Source: Lama glama
Taxonomy: Eukaryota
Assembly (NCBI GenBank): GCA_028534125.1
Contig: CM052818.1
Location: forward strand, 6,574,001-6,638,000
DNA length: 64,000 bases
Direction of reading: 5' to 3'
Part shown: positions 12,206-25,851 of the stretch, one piece after another
Position numbering within the stretch: the stretch's first letter is position 1
Layout of the letters: each line of letters begins with the position of its first letter
The notes under the pieces: generated by a model
The model's database searches: none
What the model was told of the DNA's origin: nothing
Seen by the model: the letters and a program-made list of their open reading frames with translations, nothing else
Program-made: the position numbers and the translations under genes

Positions 12206-13508
12206 TCTCTGCTCCCATGATCAGCAGTAGCCTGTCAGTCGGCATTAACAATGAATGAATGAATAAATGACTTCAAAAAGAATAGTCCACGTGCCCCCCC
12301 AGTATGAGAGGGTATTTGAGATGGTTGTTGGGAGAAAGGGGCCACAGAACAGGAGACACCAAAAAAGCTTTTATATGTCTGGTAAGTCCCTCTATTATGA
12401 TTATTGCAAAGGAAAAAAAAACTATGATTATTCAACAAATAGGTATTGAGTAAAACTGCACTCTTCAGCTCTGGATTTGGGGCTAGAGACCCAAGTGGAG
12501 GGGCAAGCTGGGAGAGGTGTCGTGTTCCCCACACAGTGCACGGCCCAGAGTAGGACTGCATCTCTGCAGACGTCTGAGCCGTAGTTGAATGCTATACTCG
12601 GTGTTATTTTGAATAACATGGTGTTGCCTTGTTTTTAATCTCTGTGGCAATAACTTCATATAAGAAAAATCACTTGTTCTATGATCTTTTTTGCCTTTTG
12701 AAAAGGAGGCAGAGGAAAGATCTGTTTTAAACTCCTCACAGGCTCCTCACAGTCCCATATTTCCTGTTATTTAGTGGCAGGTAGAATCTCTCATTCATCG
12801 AGTTCTGGGGCCGGAAGGGCCTGATGGGCCCCAGCCCCCACTTCTCATTTTGTGCCGCCCTCTCCTTCCGTCCCTCATCCTTTCTCCTCAACTCCCAACA
12901 ATCCACTAAAACCACACTTAGGAAGGCTAGGGCTGGGGAAGGAGGAGAATTGAGTGTCCCTGGCACGTTCTGATTAATCCTATTCATTGTCAAGTACAGC
13001 TTTTTAATGAGCTGATTCATTACTGAGAGTAGGTCTCCTGCAAATCCCAGTTTGTATCCTGCGGATTTAATTTCTTAACAATTTCCTCATTTCAGCATAA
13101 CTCCATTGTACCCTGGGTTTTATGATTTCCTTCGAATGTAGAGCCTCCCCTCTCATTTTATTTGAAAACTGTGAGGTAAATATTTTAAAGCTGAAAACTT
13201 AAAAAAAAAAAAAAAAACTAGAAGAACACATAGGTGGATGTTAAACTCATCTCTAAGGGAAGAAGAGTTGTCCACACATAGAAGTATTAGAAGAAATTAT
13301 AGAGGAAATCACTGATAAGTTTCCAAATTTTGGTTTGTGTGATACCATGGACAGATTTAACAGACAAAACTGCAAAAAAAAAAAAAAGTTTGCCTCACTT
13401 GTGATATATAGAATTAATATAAAACTGTGAAGAGTTGAGGAAATTACAAAAAGAGACACTAAGAAAACTGGTAGAAAAATAGACAACTTAAAACTTTAAA
13501 AAAATGCT

Positions 13509-13604
13509 GGGGGGTGGGTATAGCTCAGTGGTTGAGCACATACTTAGCATGCACAAGGTCCTGGGTTCAACCCCCAGTACTTTCATTTAAAAAAAAAAAA
13601 AAAA
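13509..13604 (+). mobile_element. Vic-1-like SINE (short form)
   Basis: gggtatagctcagtggttgagc...ctgggttcaacccccagtac plus poly-A. Confidence 0.92.
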
Positions 13605-13779
13605 GCCAAGCTAGCTGGTTAAAAGAGAAAAATATAGTTGGCTAAACATGAAACAAAATTGTTAACCCCACAAATTATTAAAGTAGTGCAGTGAAAGCAG
13701 CAGTTATTCTCAAATTTATGAAGTAGTGCAAATGAAACAATAGTATTTTTTTCAACTGTTATTATCAATAGAAAAATAT

Positions 13780-14280
13780 TTTTAAATGCTGGTTGGCTTT
13801 GATGAGGTGGCATTTTTCATACACTGCTGTTGGGAGTAGAATTTAGTGTGCCATTTCTGGAAAGCAATTTGCTGATGTATACCACAATGTTTTTTTTTTT
13901 TTTTAAGTTCATCTCTATCCAAAAATCCCTTCTCTGGAAATTTAAAGATAGTAATCAGATGAAACCCTATTTATGGGCAACGGTGTTTTGAAGTTATGTG
14001 AGTTGAAATGGTTGCTAAGAGAGCCCAAGAGAGTGGGTAAGCCGCGTGGAGCATCTATATGACCAGATAGTATCCAGCCTTGAAAAACAGTACTTTCAAG
14101 GACTTGTTAATAATATGGAGAATACAGCATTGGGTGAGAACAGGATACAGAACTCCGTAGCTACATACCGCAATCCAAACTTCGCCTAGAACTGACCGGA
14201 AGGAACTATTCCAGACTATTAGTCCTAGTGGGGGTCATCTCTAGCTGTGGTGTTACAGGCGTGACTCTCTTGTTTCCTTA
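13780..14280 (+). mobile_element. Ancient L1ME-like fragment
   Basis: tcatacactgctgttgggagtagaattt...ctggaaagcaatttg, degenerate L1 3' motifs. Confidence 0.55.
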
Positions 14281-14301
14281 CTTATTCTTCGATGTATATA
14301 T

Positions 14302-14383
14302 TAAGGTGACCAGCTGTTTCAGTTTGCCTGGCACTGCCATGGTTTTAGCACTGCAAGCCAACCCTGGACAGTTAATCACTCTA
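14302..14383. mobile_element. MER94-like hAT-Blackjack MITE
   Basis: aggtgaccagctgtttcagtttgcctggcactg...ggttttagcactg...aatcactct. Confidence 0.65.
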
Positions 14384-14544
14384 GTATATATGCGTACATA
14401 CTGAGATGAATTTGTGCCATTGGCAGGAAGGGCCATACATAAGGTGACAAGTGACAAGCTGATGCGACCTGGGTAGCAGTGGATTTTCTAGTGATAAAAT
14501 TAATATGGCTCACTTTTGAAGGCACAGGAAAAAGTAAATATGCA

Positions 14545-14765
14545 GACACTTAAATAATACTTACATGTGGCCAGTATTTTTCTAAATGCATTTGGTGGCT
14601 AACGCTCTTTCATCAACCAGCCCTGTGAAGTTGGTACTGTTATCACATCCCCCTTTATGGAGGCGTAGAGAGATTAACTTGCCTGTGGTCCCACAGCTCT
14701 TGGCAGAGTCTGGATATTAACTCAGGCAGTCTGGATCCAGGGTCTGGGCTGTTAACCACCCCCTG
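14545..14765 (-). mobile_element. MIR SINE
   Basis: ccctgtgaagttggtactgttatc...agattaacttgcctgtggtc...aactcaggcagtctg. Confidence 0.7.
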
Positions 14766-16623
14766 CATCTGAGATCCCCCTCTGCAGCCACTCCTGTCAC
14801 TGCCCTTCTTGGTGTTTATGTCATTACTGCTCACACCAGGCCGCGGAGTTGGCCACATTAGACTCAGTGCTCCTTCACTCCAGCCCCTGCCATGGCCAGG
14901 GCTGTCGCTGACCTATGGCCGGGACTGCCTTTGACTTCCAGCAGAGGAAACACCTTCCCCGCATCCGGAGCCTGCCGTGGGGATTTCCATGCAGAGGCGC
15001 TGGCCTCTGATGATAGAGTTCTTTCAGTTTTGCCACATGATCTTGTGGCAGAGGGCTGGGTCCAGGTGCTGCCTTGATTATTTCTGGAAACACTTCTCCT
15101 TTTCCTTTATTTTGTCAAGTCTGGCTCATCAGTAGTCCTCCTCTCTCAAGGTAATTTTGGCTGTGAGTGTTGGAATCTTCCATGATGGTTCTGGATGCTG
15201 TGCAGATTTCCAGATGAGTCTGAGCGTGGGGAGGGGGTGATGTATATCAGGATATCCGCTCTCAGCTTTGCCCAGCCAGGACCCCTGTGATTGCTCTGTT
15301 GGCACTGTTGGTCTCTGGGTGGTGTGTCTCAGGTAGTATTTATTCTTCTGGCTTACCTGTTGTAAACACTTCAACAAACTTGCTTTCCAGATGAAGATGA
15401 ATTTCAATTTTTATTTTATTTAGAAAGCAGTTTTACTCCTGCAGAATTTCCAACTCCTTCAATATTTGTGCATGGCGGAGAGCTGCCTAACCCTCATTCA
15501 AGTTAGAGCAACTTCACTTCTGTACCAGGAAGAAATACCTTCAGCTATTGCCTGAACTTGTACCTTGCTCAGAACTCTGCTAGAGTTGCGTGTTGTTTAG
15601 TTTGTCACGTTAATTGAACAGTGAGAGGGCCCTGGCATCCTTCACCCCTGAGGTGGAAACACAAAATCTAAATTTCTTTTTAGGTGTTTGGTTAGGAAAG
15701 TGGGGGTAGATTTTTTTTTTTTTTTGGCTTTCAAATCTTAGAAATCTGCTTTTTGACAAATAACAAAACAAAGTTTTAGGTACGTAACTTCTTTTGGGGG
15801 ACTGTGGTGTTTAAGCTAAAATAAAGTTTAAATTTGCATCTTGCGTGTTAATGTTTTCAAAGAATCTGTGTTTCCTTAATCCTCTTCCCTCCAGAAAGTC
15901 CAAAAGTATGACTCACCCTCCCTCCCCTTAAACACACTTTTTTGGGGAGTTAAGAGGGAAGTATGTAGCAAAAGTATTCTTTCTCAGTTGTAAAAGTAGT
16001 GTGTCTTCAGAATGTTTAATGTTCAAAGAAAAGACTGTGCTTCCCAAGGCAAGATGTTTTCTTTTAAAAAAAAAAAAGACCTACTATATCTTTGTATTAC
16101 TGCCTTTCTGGAAGGGAAATGAGGCATTTGCTGTGGTAAGAACTGGAGAGAATTGCCAGGTGGATTAAAGGGCCTTTTTCATCCTTCAGAGAAAAGAGGG
16201 ATGGCTCCTGAGACGCTAGAGGGAGGGGACAGGCTGGTCCAGTTAGGATTTCCAGAGGCCTGGTACCCACAGCTCCCCCCACGGGGCCAGCATCCCTGTG
16301 GAGTAGCTAGAAGCGCAGAATCCCCTGCTCCCCTCCCCAGCCAGAGACAGCTGCCCCGGTGATTCACCTGTACTGCCTGTGGGTAATGGTTGAATTGGTG
16401 GCTCGTGTGGCTGCCCAGGACAGCAGTTTACCTCTAAGCCAAGGAGAATGGGTAAGCCAGGAGCTAGACTGAGAAAGATCATGTAATTAAATTTATAGCA
16501 TAATAATCTGAATATATAGTATTAAAAATATATGAACTTACATTATTGGACCACATGCTCAGAGTCTGGGCTTTGCTTTGGGTATCTAGGAAATGACCAG
16601 GAACCCAGCAGGAGAGTGGGTGA

Positions 16624-16649
16624 GTGTGTGTGTGTGTGTGTGTGTGTGT
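16624..16649. repeat. (GT)n microsatellite
   Basis: Seen directly. Confidence 0.95.
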
Positions 16650-18569
16650 TTGGCGGAAGAGTCACTTTTACCACCCCCTCTTCCCCCACTGGTTTTGGTC
16701 CCTCTCCTGTGCTGGTAGAGTCTTTGGAGGGGACCGAGGGACTTCTGTCCCACTGATAACAGTCCCTAAGGGCACATAGTAAACCCCCAGGGAGGAGGCC
16801 AAGCCCTCCGAGTCGCCCTCACCACGGGTCCTCACTGCACTCTGGGCCTGAGAAATCACCAGAAATGGAGTCACAAGCCCACGGCATGGGCCTGGGCTAG
16901 TCAGAGCACAGCCCAGGACTGATGGGAGCAGAGAGCGTAGCTGGGAGGCAGGCGCTGCACGGTTGGGTGGGGCGGCCTGCCCACGTGGTGCCCTGGGCTG
17001 GCATCACCTTGCCCGTCTCGTTTGTCGGGCACTGATAATGTCTCTGGCCCTGCCCCTAATGGGAGACACGCGATCCTTGCCTCGAGGGCTCAGATTCAGT
17101 TTCACAAGCTCTGGATTGACTCAGGTGAATGCCCCCGTATCTCCTCACACATGTGTATTAAAATAAGGGACTGAACACAGCTCATGGGGATGGTGCTGGC
17201 CTGGTTCATTCTGGCTGGGTTGTGCACTAAACCTGGCCTTGACAGGAGCTTCAGGGCCAACTCAAGGAGACTTTGAGATATTTGTTCTCCCTAGTTTTTC
17301 AGTGTTTGTAAGTTCCCTTTTCACGTAAACTAACATGTTATAGATTACAATTTGCATTTTTAGGTAATAGTCTAGACAGATCTGAATTGGAAACAGCTCT
17401 TCATTCTGTGTTGCATAGGACTGATTACTTTAATATTTTTGATTTTATTTAACTAAATGCTTTAGTACCTTCACTCTGGAGTTTACGTGTGCACAATTAC
17501 CTAACCTTTCCAAGCTAAGTCCTCTTTACTTCAGAAATAACTTGGAAGCATTTACCCAGTATGTTTTGGATTTCTGTATTATTTTTTCACTCATTGGTAT
17601 CAGAATTGAATATATTTAGCTGCTGCTGTCCGTTTAGTACACTGAGATCTGAATGTGCTTGCCGTTATTTTGTGTGGAAAATAACTGATCAGAGTTACAA
17701 ATTATTAGATAAGAAATTTAGAAGCCTCTGTTGGAGGGAATTCTTACTACTTTTTCCGTGGTCACAGCTGGAGAGCAGTATCTATGTTCCTTACACAGAA
17801 AGGACAGCCAAGAGCCTGGAGCAGACTCAGGAGGAGATGGTTCTGGTGGCCACTTGGAACTTCTGTCTCCTGTGTTCTGGGATGACTGCTGGGGGAACCA
17901 GCACCGACTGAGTCCCGACCACACAACCCACTTTGCATGGGCTTTTAGGATCCTCCCCGCAAAACCACCCTATTGTAGTGGAAGAGCACCCCAGCCCCCA
18001 CCTTGGGGTTTTAGATATTCAGGGTATTTGCTGAATACTTCACAAAGTATTTTTTATAACATTAGAACTAGCTTCAACTTAAAAAAAAAAAGTGTATCTT
18101 AAAGAGCTCTACTTGGGAAATGTTTGCTGGGTGAAATGTGGCAGGGAAGGCGGGTCTCTCCAGGGGCCTTTGTAAAGGATGCAGAGCCTGGGGCTCCTGA
18201 AACAACCACGTGCTCTAAACACACAGTGACAGCGAGGGGCCCAAACCTGGATCGTGCCTCCTTAGACACCCTGAGCGTATTCCTTGATTTTTTTTTCCTT
18301 CCTTTCTAAAATGGGAACCAGGCTGTTAGAATGGAGATAGCTGCTTTCCAAGTCCATGGTGATGTTAAGACCTTGCTAGTTTGGCAACACTGTTCTGATC
18401 CTTGGGTGAGCAGAGGTGACATTTACATTCTTAAAAGGGAGCTACACAATTAGCAGGGGAACCAGTAAACAAGGGAAGTATAGATGGTTCCAATGCCAAG
18501 AGAGACGTGGTTGAGAACAGCTGGTCCAGCCCTCACCCCGTGATTACCTGGGCTTAATAATGATCGCGG

Positions 18570-19800
18570 ACAATACTATAGAGCTACAGTCGTCAAGACA
18601 GCATGGTATTGGTACCAAAACAGACATATGGACCAATGGAACAGAATAGAGAGCCCAGAAATGAACCCACAAACCTTTGGTCAACTAATCTTCGACAAAG
18701 GAGGCAAGAATATACAATGGAATAAAGACAGTCTCTTCAGCAAATGGTGTTGGGAAAACTGGACAGCAGCATGTAAAACAATGAAGCTAGANNNNNNNNN
18801 NNNNNNNNNNNNNNNNNNNNNNNNNNNNNNNNNNNNNNNNNNNNNNNNNNNNNNNNNNNNNNNNNNNNNNNNNNNNNNNNNNNNNNNNNNNNNNNNNNNN
18901 NNNNNNNNNNNNNNNNNNNNNNNNNNNNNNNNNNNNNNNNNNNNNNNNNNNNNNNNNNNNNNNNNNNNNNNNNNNNNNNNNNNNNNNNNNNNNNNNNNNN
19001 NNNNNNNNNNNNNNNNNNNNNNNNNNNNNNNNNNNNNNNNNNNNNNNNNNNNNNNNNNNNNNNNNNNNNNNNNNNNNNNNNNNNNNNNNNNNNNNNNNNN
19101 NNNNNNNNNNNNNNNNNNNNNNNNNNNNNNNNNNNNNNNNNNNNNNNNNNNNNNNNNNNNNNNNNNNNNNNNNNNNNNNNNNNNNNNNNNNNNNNNNNNN
19201 NNNNNNNNNNNNNNNNNNNNNNNNNNNNNNNNNNNNNNNNNNNNNNNNNNNNNNNNNNNNNNNNNNNNNNNNNNNNNNNNNNNNNNNNNNNTCATAGCAG
19301 CACTATTTACAATAGCCAAAACATGGAAACAGCCTAAATGTCCATCAATAGGTGACTGGATAAAGAAGATGTGGTATATTTATACAATGGAATACTACTC
19401 AGCCATAAAAACCGACAACATAACGCCATTTGCAGCAACATGGATGCTCCTAGAGAATGTTATTCTAAGTGAAGTAAGCCAGGAAGAGAAAGAAAAATAC
19501 CATATGAGATCGCTCATATGTGGAATCTAAAGACTCATGGACAGAGAATACAGACTTGTGGTTACCAAGGGGGTAGAGGGTGGGAAGGGATAGACTGGGA
19601 TTTCAAAATTGTAGAATAGATAAACAAAATTACACTGTATAGTACAGGGAAATATACACAAAATGTTATGATAAATCACAGAGAAAAAAATGTGACAATG
19701 AGTGTGTATATGTCCATGAATGACTGAAAAATTGTGCTGAACACTGGAATTTGACACAACATTGTAAAATGATTATAAATCAATAAAAAATGTTAAAAAA
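18570..19800 (+). mobile_element. Young 5'-truncated LINE-1 (ORF2 C-terminus, 3' UTR, poly-A)
   Basis: ORF2 peptides [29 protein letters not shown] and IAALFTIAKTWKQPKCP...SLICGI* (stop ends 19530); AATAAA and A tail. 14-bp TSD aataatgatcgcgg (18556-18569) / aatgatgatcgcgg (19801-19814) at a TT/AA site. Confidence 0.97.
18792..19291. other. Assembly gap (500 N) inside the L1
   Basis: Run of N bases. Confidence 0.99.
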
Positions 19801-21071
19801 AATGATGATCGCGGCAGCTGTTACTATGGTTACTGTTACTGAATGGCCTATTGGGGGAGGAAGGTTCCTTGAAGATCTTCTAGTACCAGAGGGCACACAA
19901 AGTTAGTAGCTGTACTTTCTGATCCAACATCATCCCTCCTTTCTTGGCCTTACCGTCTCCCACGAGCATGATCAGTTGACAATTGCTGGAAAAATCAACT
20001 TTGCCTGAATGTCTAGGAAGCTTTTTGGGATTTCCAATGTTTTTCTTCTTCTGAAAGAATTAGAAAGCGGATCTGTATTTAAGAGGTAGTGGTGATTATT
20101 GTTCCTCTCTCCTGCTCCCTACTTCATTCTGCTACTGCTTTGCTCAAAAGGAACTTAAGTGCCCACAAGCATTTTCCCTGAGAATTTCATCATGTCAAGG
20201 GAAATGAGACATGCTTTAAAGTTTCTAGGTGAAAACCCAGGGTTCTTGTCTTTAACCTACTTCCCAGTGGCAGTTGGTAGGGCACTGAATTAAACATGCC
20301 TCACTGTCTTCTCGGGGATCCACCCACCCCTGTGCCACAGAGGTAGGGTGGAAGGTAATGCTGGCTCTCCTGTTTCCCATCCCTCCACCACGCCCCTCAC
20401 TGTGCTGGCAGCAGCTGGAAAGGTGGTGAGATTTCCGCCCCTGTGCCAGCTGGGCCACCTGAGAAGCCACTGCCAAAGTCAACATGCGCAGCCTTGGTGT
20501 CTGGCCAGTAGGTTTCATAATGGTGTTTGACGGGAGTTCCTGTTCGGACGCCCTCAAACTCATCGTGGGATTCTGTCTCCGGAGGACCTGGGCATCTCTT
20601 ATGTAAAAGCAAGAGCTCCAGGGAAGTTTTTAAAATCATCCCTTTAATGGGTCACTTGGCAAGGTCATAGGAGGCTTTGTAAGTGGCGGTTAGAGGTGGA
20701 GCGCAATATTCCTGGTGGCCATTGAGTAGAAATTTATAGCAGACCTAATGTGTACTAAGTTTTGTTCTGGAACAATGGGAGGGGAGGGTACAGAGATGAC
20801 TAAGCAATGAACCTGGAGCCCTGGGCCTCTTGGTCTCATAAAGGTGTGGTAGAGAGACAGGTAAATAAATAACCATACTATAAACCAGGCCCAGAGAGCT
20901 CAGTGGAAGGGGCATCTGAATGGGCCACCTGAGAGGATGGAGGCCCATTGCCTTGTCTTGAAATCTTTGAGGGGAGGGATGAGTTTCAGTGAAGGTGAGG
21001 AGAGATGAGAGAGGTTCCTGGTGGTGGTAGCGTTCGCTGCTTCTGGGGTTGCTTTCAGGGAGGTGTACGGT

Positions 21072-21253
21072 GGGGGCCTGCCTCATGGGCTTGCAGCCTG
21101 TGCCATCACACAGGGCCTCAGCCTAGAGGGGCCCCATCATGCCTGGATTCATGCTGTGCTCTCGTCATCCTGAAATTCTTAATTTTGGAACAAAGTGTCC
21201 CACAAATTATTTTCCTTTTGCACAGGGCCCTGCAAATCACGTAGCCAGTCCTG
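21072..21253 (+). mobile_element. MER91A-like hAT-Tip100 MITE
   Basis: cacagggcc...tgaaattcttaatttt...ttttgcacagggccctgcaaatcacgtagccagtcctg. Confidence 0.75.
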
Positions 21254-22775
21254 CATTATGGAGTTAGGGCTGTAAGGGTGGATTGGACCAGATGGTGTAG
21301 AGCTCTGTCTGTCACACTAGAGAAGATTTGGCTTTTCCCCTTGGAGCAGTGGGGAGCCATGGAAGGTGAACTGGAGAGGGAGGCTGGCAGTCTGTGGAGG
21401 AAGGCTGATCAAATCATGCAGGAATGGATGTGGCAGAAGCCAAGAGCTACCGTGCACGCACCTGGGGGAGATGGGCCGGCCTCGGGCCCTGGGGACAAAG
21501 GCAGAGAGGGCTGGTGGCAATAGCTTAACTTTCTAGCTGGGCTGGAGAGTCCACTCACCGGCAGGAATGCAGGAGGAAGGGGGCCCTGAGCAGTGGTAGT
21601 GAGGCAGATGTTTTGCAGGAGCGGGGCGAGGCCTTTCCAGAAAGACCCGGAAATCTCTGGTGGGACAGCTTGTGGAAACACGCACTGCAGCTGCTCCGCT
21701 GCAGCAAACGACCTGCAGATCAAGGTTTTTGTCAGGATCGAGAGCTTCACTAGAACAAATATTCATCCAAAAATAAACTTCCCGTTCTTCCTGTTTTTAT
21801 AACTTGCCTATTTCCTCCGAGTTTGAGGCTGGTCTCCAGTTCCGTGGGTTATTAATCTTCAGAGGATCAGGACCTCTATAGAAGTATTTCCTGTACATGT
21901 TTATCTACCCAGCCCTAAATTATTTTCTCCAAATGATAAGAGAACTTTTCCACACTAGTGTGTCAGGCTCTTTCCTTTGAAAGAGGTCAATTTAAGCACC
22001 CCAGCGAGTAAAGCTAACGCAGAAAGGCTTATCCCCGCACCCGGGAAGCCCAGGTGAGGCTGGGACCTGCAGTGGGTTTTGAGGAGCGTGCTCAGCCCGC
22101 CTCCTCCAGGTTAAAGGTGACTTCTTTCTGGCCAGAGTCCTAGGGGGATTAAGTGACAGCTGCAGAGGGCCCTACTGGAGAAAATTTTAAATGCCCGACT
22201 GAATAGCCACAGGGGAATAAGGTCTCCAGAAATGTCTCTGCCCCCTTGTATTCAACATAACCCTCACTGGACCATAATTTGTCCATAATCTTCCTACTAT
22301 AAACAGGGCCCCCACCCTCCTGCTTCCTTTCACAGACAAGGTGTACATGGTACTGATCGCTGTGCACAAAGAGAAAGAGAAGAGCCATGTTGAAGCTTGG
22401 GTCAAGTTCAAACCCGACAGGCAAACGGACCAGCTTAGTTCAGGAGGTGTGGGCACCTTACTCATCGGCCCAGTGAGTCCACCTGCCCCTGGGAACCTTT
22501 CTTGGTCTCCTCCTTTCTGTGCTTACGAATCCCAAGCCAGCAGGCCGGCGGCTATATTTTAAACGTGCGCCTTCTTGCATGACTCTTACAGAGAGGCCGT
22601 GGGGACCGGGCTGCGTGGGTGGCAGCTTGTGCCGCAGCGGAATTTGGAGGGGAGCCAGCTGCCTCTCACTGAGGCCTTCCGAGGTGGGGCTGGGATGTCG
22701 CATTTTGCACCAGGCACCACTCCTCCCCCTGGGCGGTTCAGGTGACCGGATTGGGGATGACCCACTGCTCTAGAC

Positions 22776-23101
22776 CACGCTGCCCGATACCTTAGCCGCT
22801 GGCCACCTGGTCTGCCGAGCGCTTGCAAAGCGAGGCTGGTGCTAACTGACATGGGCCGTAAGCATAAAATACATGTCGGATTTTGAAGCCTTAGTACCCA
22901 GAAAAAGAATGTGAAATTTCCCGTGAGCAATTCTTGCATCTTGATTACTTGTTGAAACGAAAATATTTTAGATATACTGGATTATGTCATCTATCTTATT
23001 CTAACTAGTTTGGCCTTGCTTTTATTACTTTTTTAATGTGACTACTAGACAAACTTAGCTCACCTATGGGGCTTAGGTTACATTTCTCTGGGACGGTGCT
23101 G
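22776..23101 (-). mobile_element. MER33-like hAT MITE
   Basis: taaaatacatgtcggattttgaagccttagtac...ttttaatgtgactactag...ggacggtgctg. Confidence 0.75.
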
Positions 23102-24014
23102 TGAGGTCAGCTGCCATTCATGGCTTGGAGGCAAATACAAGTCCCGGAGGCCCTGTCCCTGGTGGCCAGGCTGAGGGGTGACCCAGCCTTTACCATAGAC
23201 TGCAGAGGGCGGTGGGACGGACAGCCGACTTGTAGGCAGAGAGTTAATAACTTAGTAAGCAGCGGAAGGAATTTTTAAAAATCCTTTCAAAAGCCCCCCT
23301 CCTGGCTTCATTTTTTTTTTCTTAGCTTCCTTCGCAAAAGCCTTTCTTTTCCCCTCAGATTCTGAACTCTTCTCCTCTGTCAGCATGAGACCTGTAGAGA
23401 TGGTGGGGTCCAGGGTGCTTATTGTTTTGTTTTGTTCCCTTGTTTAGATTGTTCTGCTGCCCCAAGTCAGGCTCCAGGAGCTGCCAACCCAGGAACTACC
23501 CAGATAGGCCTGGGGAGCCGTTGTTTCAGACCAACCCCCAGGTCTGTCACGCCCCCTCCCACCTCCCCCACCCCCCACTGCCTTTGGAGTGGTTACTCAA
23601 GTGTGAACTTATCTTGGGAAAACACAAAGTGGATGTGAAGCTTAGGAAGCGCCTGCTTTGAGAAGTACAGAACCACAACCAACCTCCTAATGTCAGGCTG
23701 ACCTTTCAGGAAAAAAAGCAGGGAAATTCCACTGGTGTTTGAAAACCCCAAATAATTCCCTGTTACAAGGAGGAGTTTCATGTTGACATCAGAGGGCCAG
23801 GAAGAACCTGATGGATTGCGTAGGTATCATTTATCAAAGGATATGACCCTGTGAAATTTCTCCACTTGGGCACCTATTCCAGGCAGGAGGCCTGGGGGGT
23901 TCTGTCATGAGCCACCAGAACAGCACTGCGCCGAGGCACGCTGTCATTTTGACACCTTTGGTCCACACTGCTGTCCATCTATACTGAAACTTTGCTGGAA
24001 TAATCAACTAGAGA

Positions 24015-24247
24015 ACCAGCATTTATTAAGTACTTGCTCTGTGCTATGTACTTCAATACACGTGACAGTTCACTGGCATCACAAACTTTGAGATACCCCG
24101 AGTAGGTGCCATTGTTTCTCCACTTTGTAGATGGAGAACATGCAGTTTAGAAAGATGAAATATGTTGCCTGAGAACTCAGAGCTAGAAATCGACGGGGTC
24201 AGGAGTGCAGCTTGGACTGTGACTCCAGATCTGAGTGTTTAACCATA
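24015..24247 (-). mobile_element. MIR SINE
   Basis: agcatttattaagtacttgct...ctccactttgtagatggag...gactccaga. Confidence 0.7.
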
Positions 24248-24639
24248 GGGTGTCACTCAGCGCTGCCCAGACCAGCCCCTGTACATATTGCTCCATTCTG
24301 CACGAGCATTTGTTTGTAATCCACATGTTGCCAGTACAGGCTGGGACAGGACACCGGGGGAGGGTTCAGTCCTGGGTTGCTGAACCAGCCGAGCTGAGAA
24401 TCGAGTCCTGTTGGTGCTTTTGAGCTTTGCAGGGAGGACAGCCTCTCACCTGGCTTTTGAAATCCTATGTGCTGCAGAACCTTCATCCCATGTGTTGTGG
24501 CGGTGGAGGGTCCAGGGCCATCTCAAAAGATGTTCCATTAGCCTCTCCAGAGGGCCATGCAGCTGTGGTGTTGGTGCAGAAAGGGCAGCTCCACAGCTGG
24601 CTGGCTTACCTGGCGTGGTTTGGAAATGAGCCTTGGGGT

Positions 24640-24865
24640 TGAGAACTGTGTGCTCAGGAGTCAAACTGCTCTTTTAATTCTACCACTCGATGGCTTCATG
24701 GGTTGGCTTCTGCATTCTCTGGGTGGCAGTTTCCCAAGCTGTAAAATGGGGATATTCGTAGACCCTGTCTCAGATAACGGCTGTGAGATGGAAAGAGCAC
24801 ACATAAAGGCATAGTGTACCTGGCTCATCAGGTCAATGTCTGCTAACATTTTATCACGATTATTA
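24640..24865 (+). mobile_element. MIR SINE
   Basis: caggagtcaaactg...cagtttcccaagctgtaaaatggggata. Confidence 0.7.
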
Positions 24866-25718
24866 CTAATGCCATTTCATGCGGCATGATGGATGTTTGT
24901 CACATAACTCTGCACTGCAGGATACGATCACATGGCTTTGAGTTCCTTGTTGTTTCAAGGCAAAGGCATCAGAGCATATACCTTTGTAGCTCAGTAGTAT
25001 GTACCTTTGTACTTGAGTGTTGTATCTTTCAAAGCTGTGACTTCGCCTTGGGCACCTCCACGCACATTTCCATCTCCCAGGCATTTGCTTGAAACATTTT
25101 CAGAAGCCTTTTTGGAACTCTTTAGAAGAAAAAAGAAAAAAAGATGGTGATAGTATTTCTAAAGGTAGATTTTAAGTTTGGAAATGGCTTCAAGTTCACC
25201 GGAACTACGTTTGAGAATAAGCTTTGGGGATGGATCCAATCCAAGTTACAAAATAGTGCTTAACTAAAAAGTAAGGATTGACTATGTTTGTTTGTTTGTT
25301 TTTAATTTTAATGGCCGTCTCGTTTATTATAAGACTAGCCTTGAAGGCAGTTCCAGAAGAAGGCTTCCAGGCAGCTTTCACTTGGGATAGCATCTTTGGA
25401 AAATTAGCCATCTCCTTGGACAAAAACTTTTTAGGCAGGCGTTTGAGGGAAAGTAGGCAGTATTTTTATTTATTTATTTATTTTTACTTTTAAATATTTT
25501 CATTCTTTTTTAAAACTCCTTTCATTTATTTTTTATTTTTTAAAAATTATTCATTTATTTATTTATATTGAAGGTTATGTTTGGGGGGGGGCAAAACTTA
25601 GTCTTACTCACACCGACTCTATTAAAAGTACCTGCTGAGTTGGCCTTGCATTTGGACTTGTGTAGCTGCTGATGGGGCTCGTAGCAGGTGGTTTCCCACA
25701 TCCAAGGAGCAGAGGCCA

Positions 25719-25851
25719 GGGGGCGGGTATAGCTCAGTGGTAGACTGCATTCCTACCATGTAGGAGGTCCTGGGTTCAATTCCCAGTACCTCCATTAAAA
25801 CAAACAAACAAACAAACCTAATTACCCTCCCCCCAAAAAACCCAAAACAAA
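25719..25851 (+). mobile_element. Vic-1-like SINE
   Basis: A and B boxes, (CAAA)n tail. Degenerate TSD caaggagcagaggcca / caaggagttagaggcta. Confidence 0.92.

Noticed and set aside
13509..13604. tRNA genes (here and at the similar copies)
   Set aside because: Diverged A/B-box sequences with A-rich tails and TSDs are tRNA-derived SINEs.
18628..19530. 300-aa ORF (and 212-aa antisense ORF) as a gene
   Set aside because: Truncated L1 ORF2 fragment bridged by N bases; the length is an artefact of the gap.
25461..25600. T-rich tract resembling a retroelement tail
   Set aside because: No identifiable element body or TSD; treated as low complexity.
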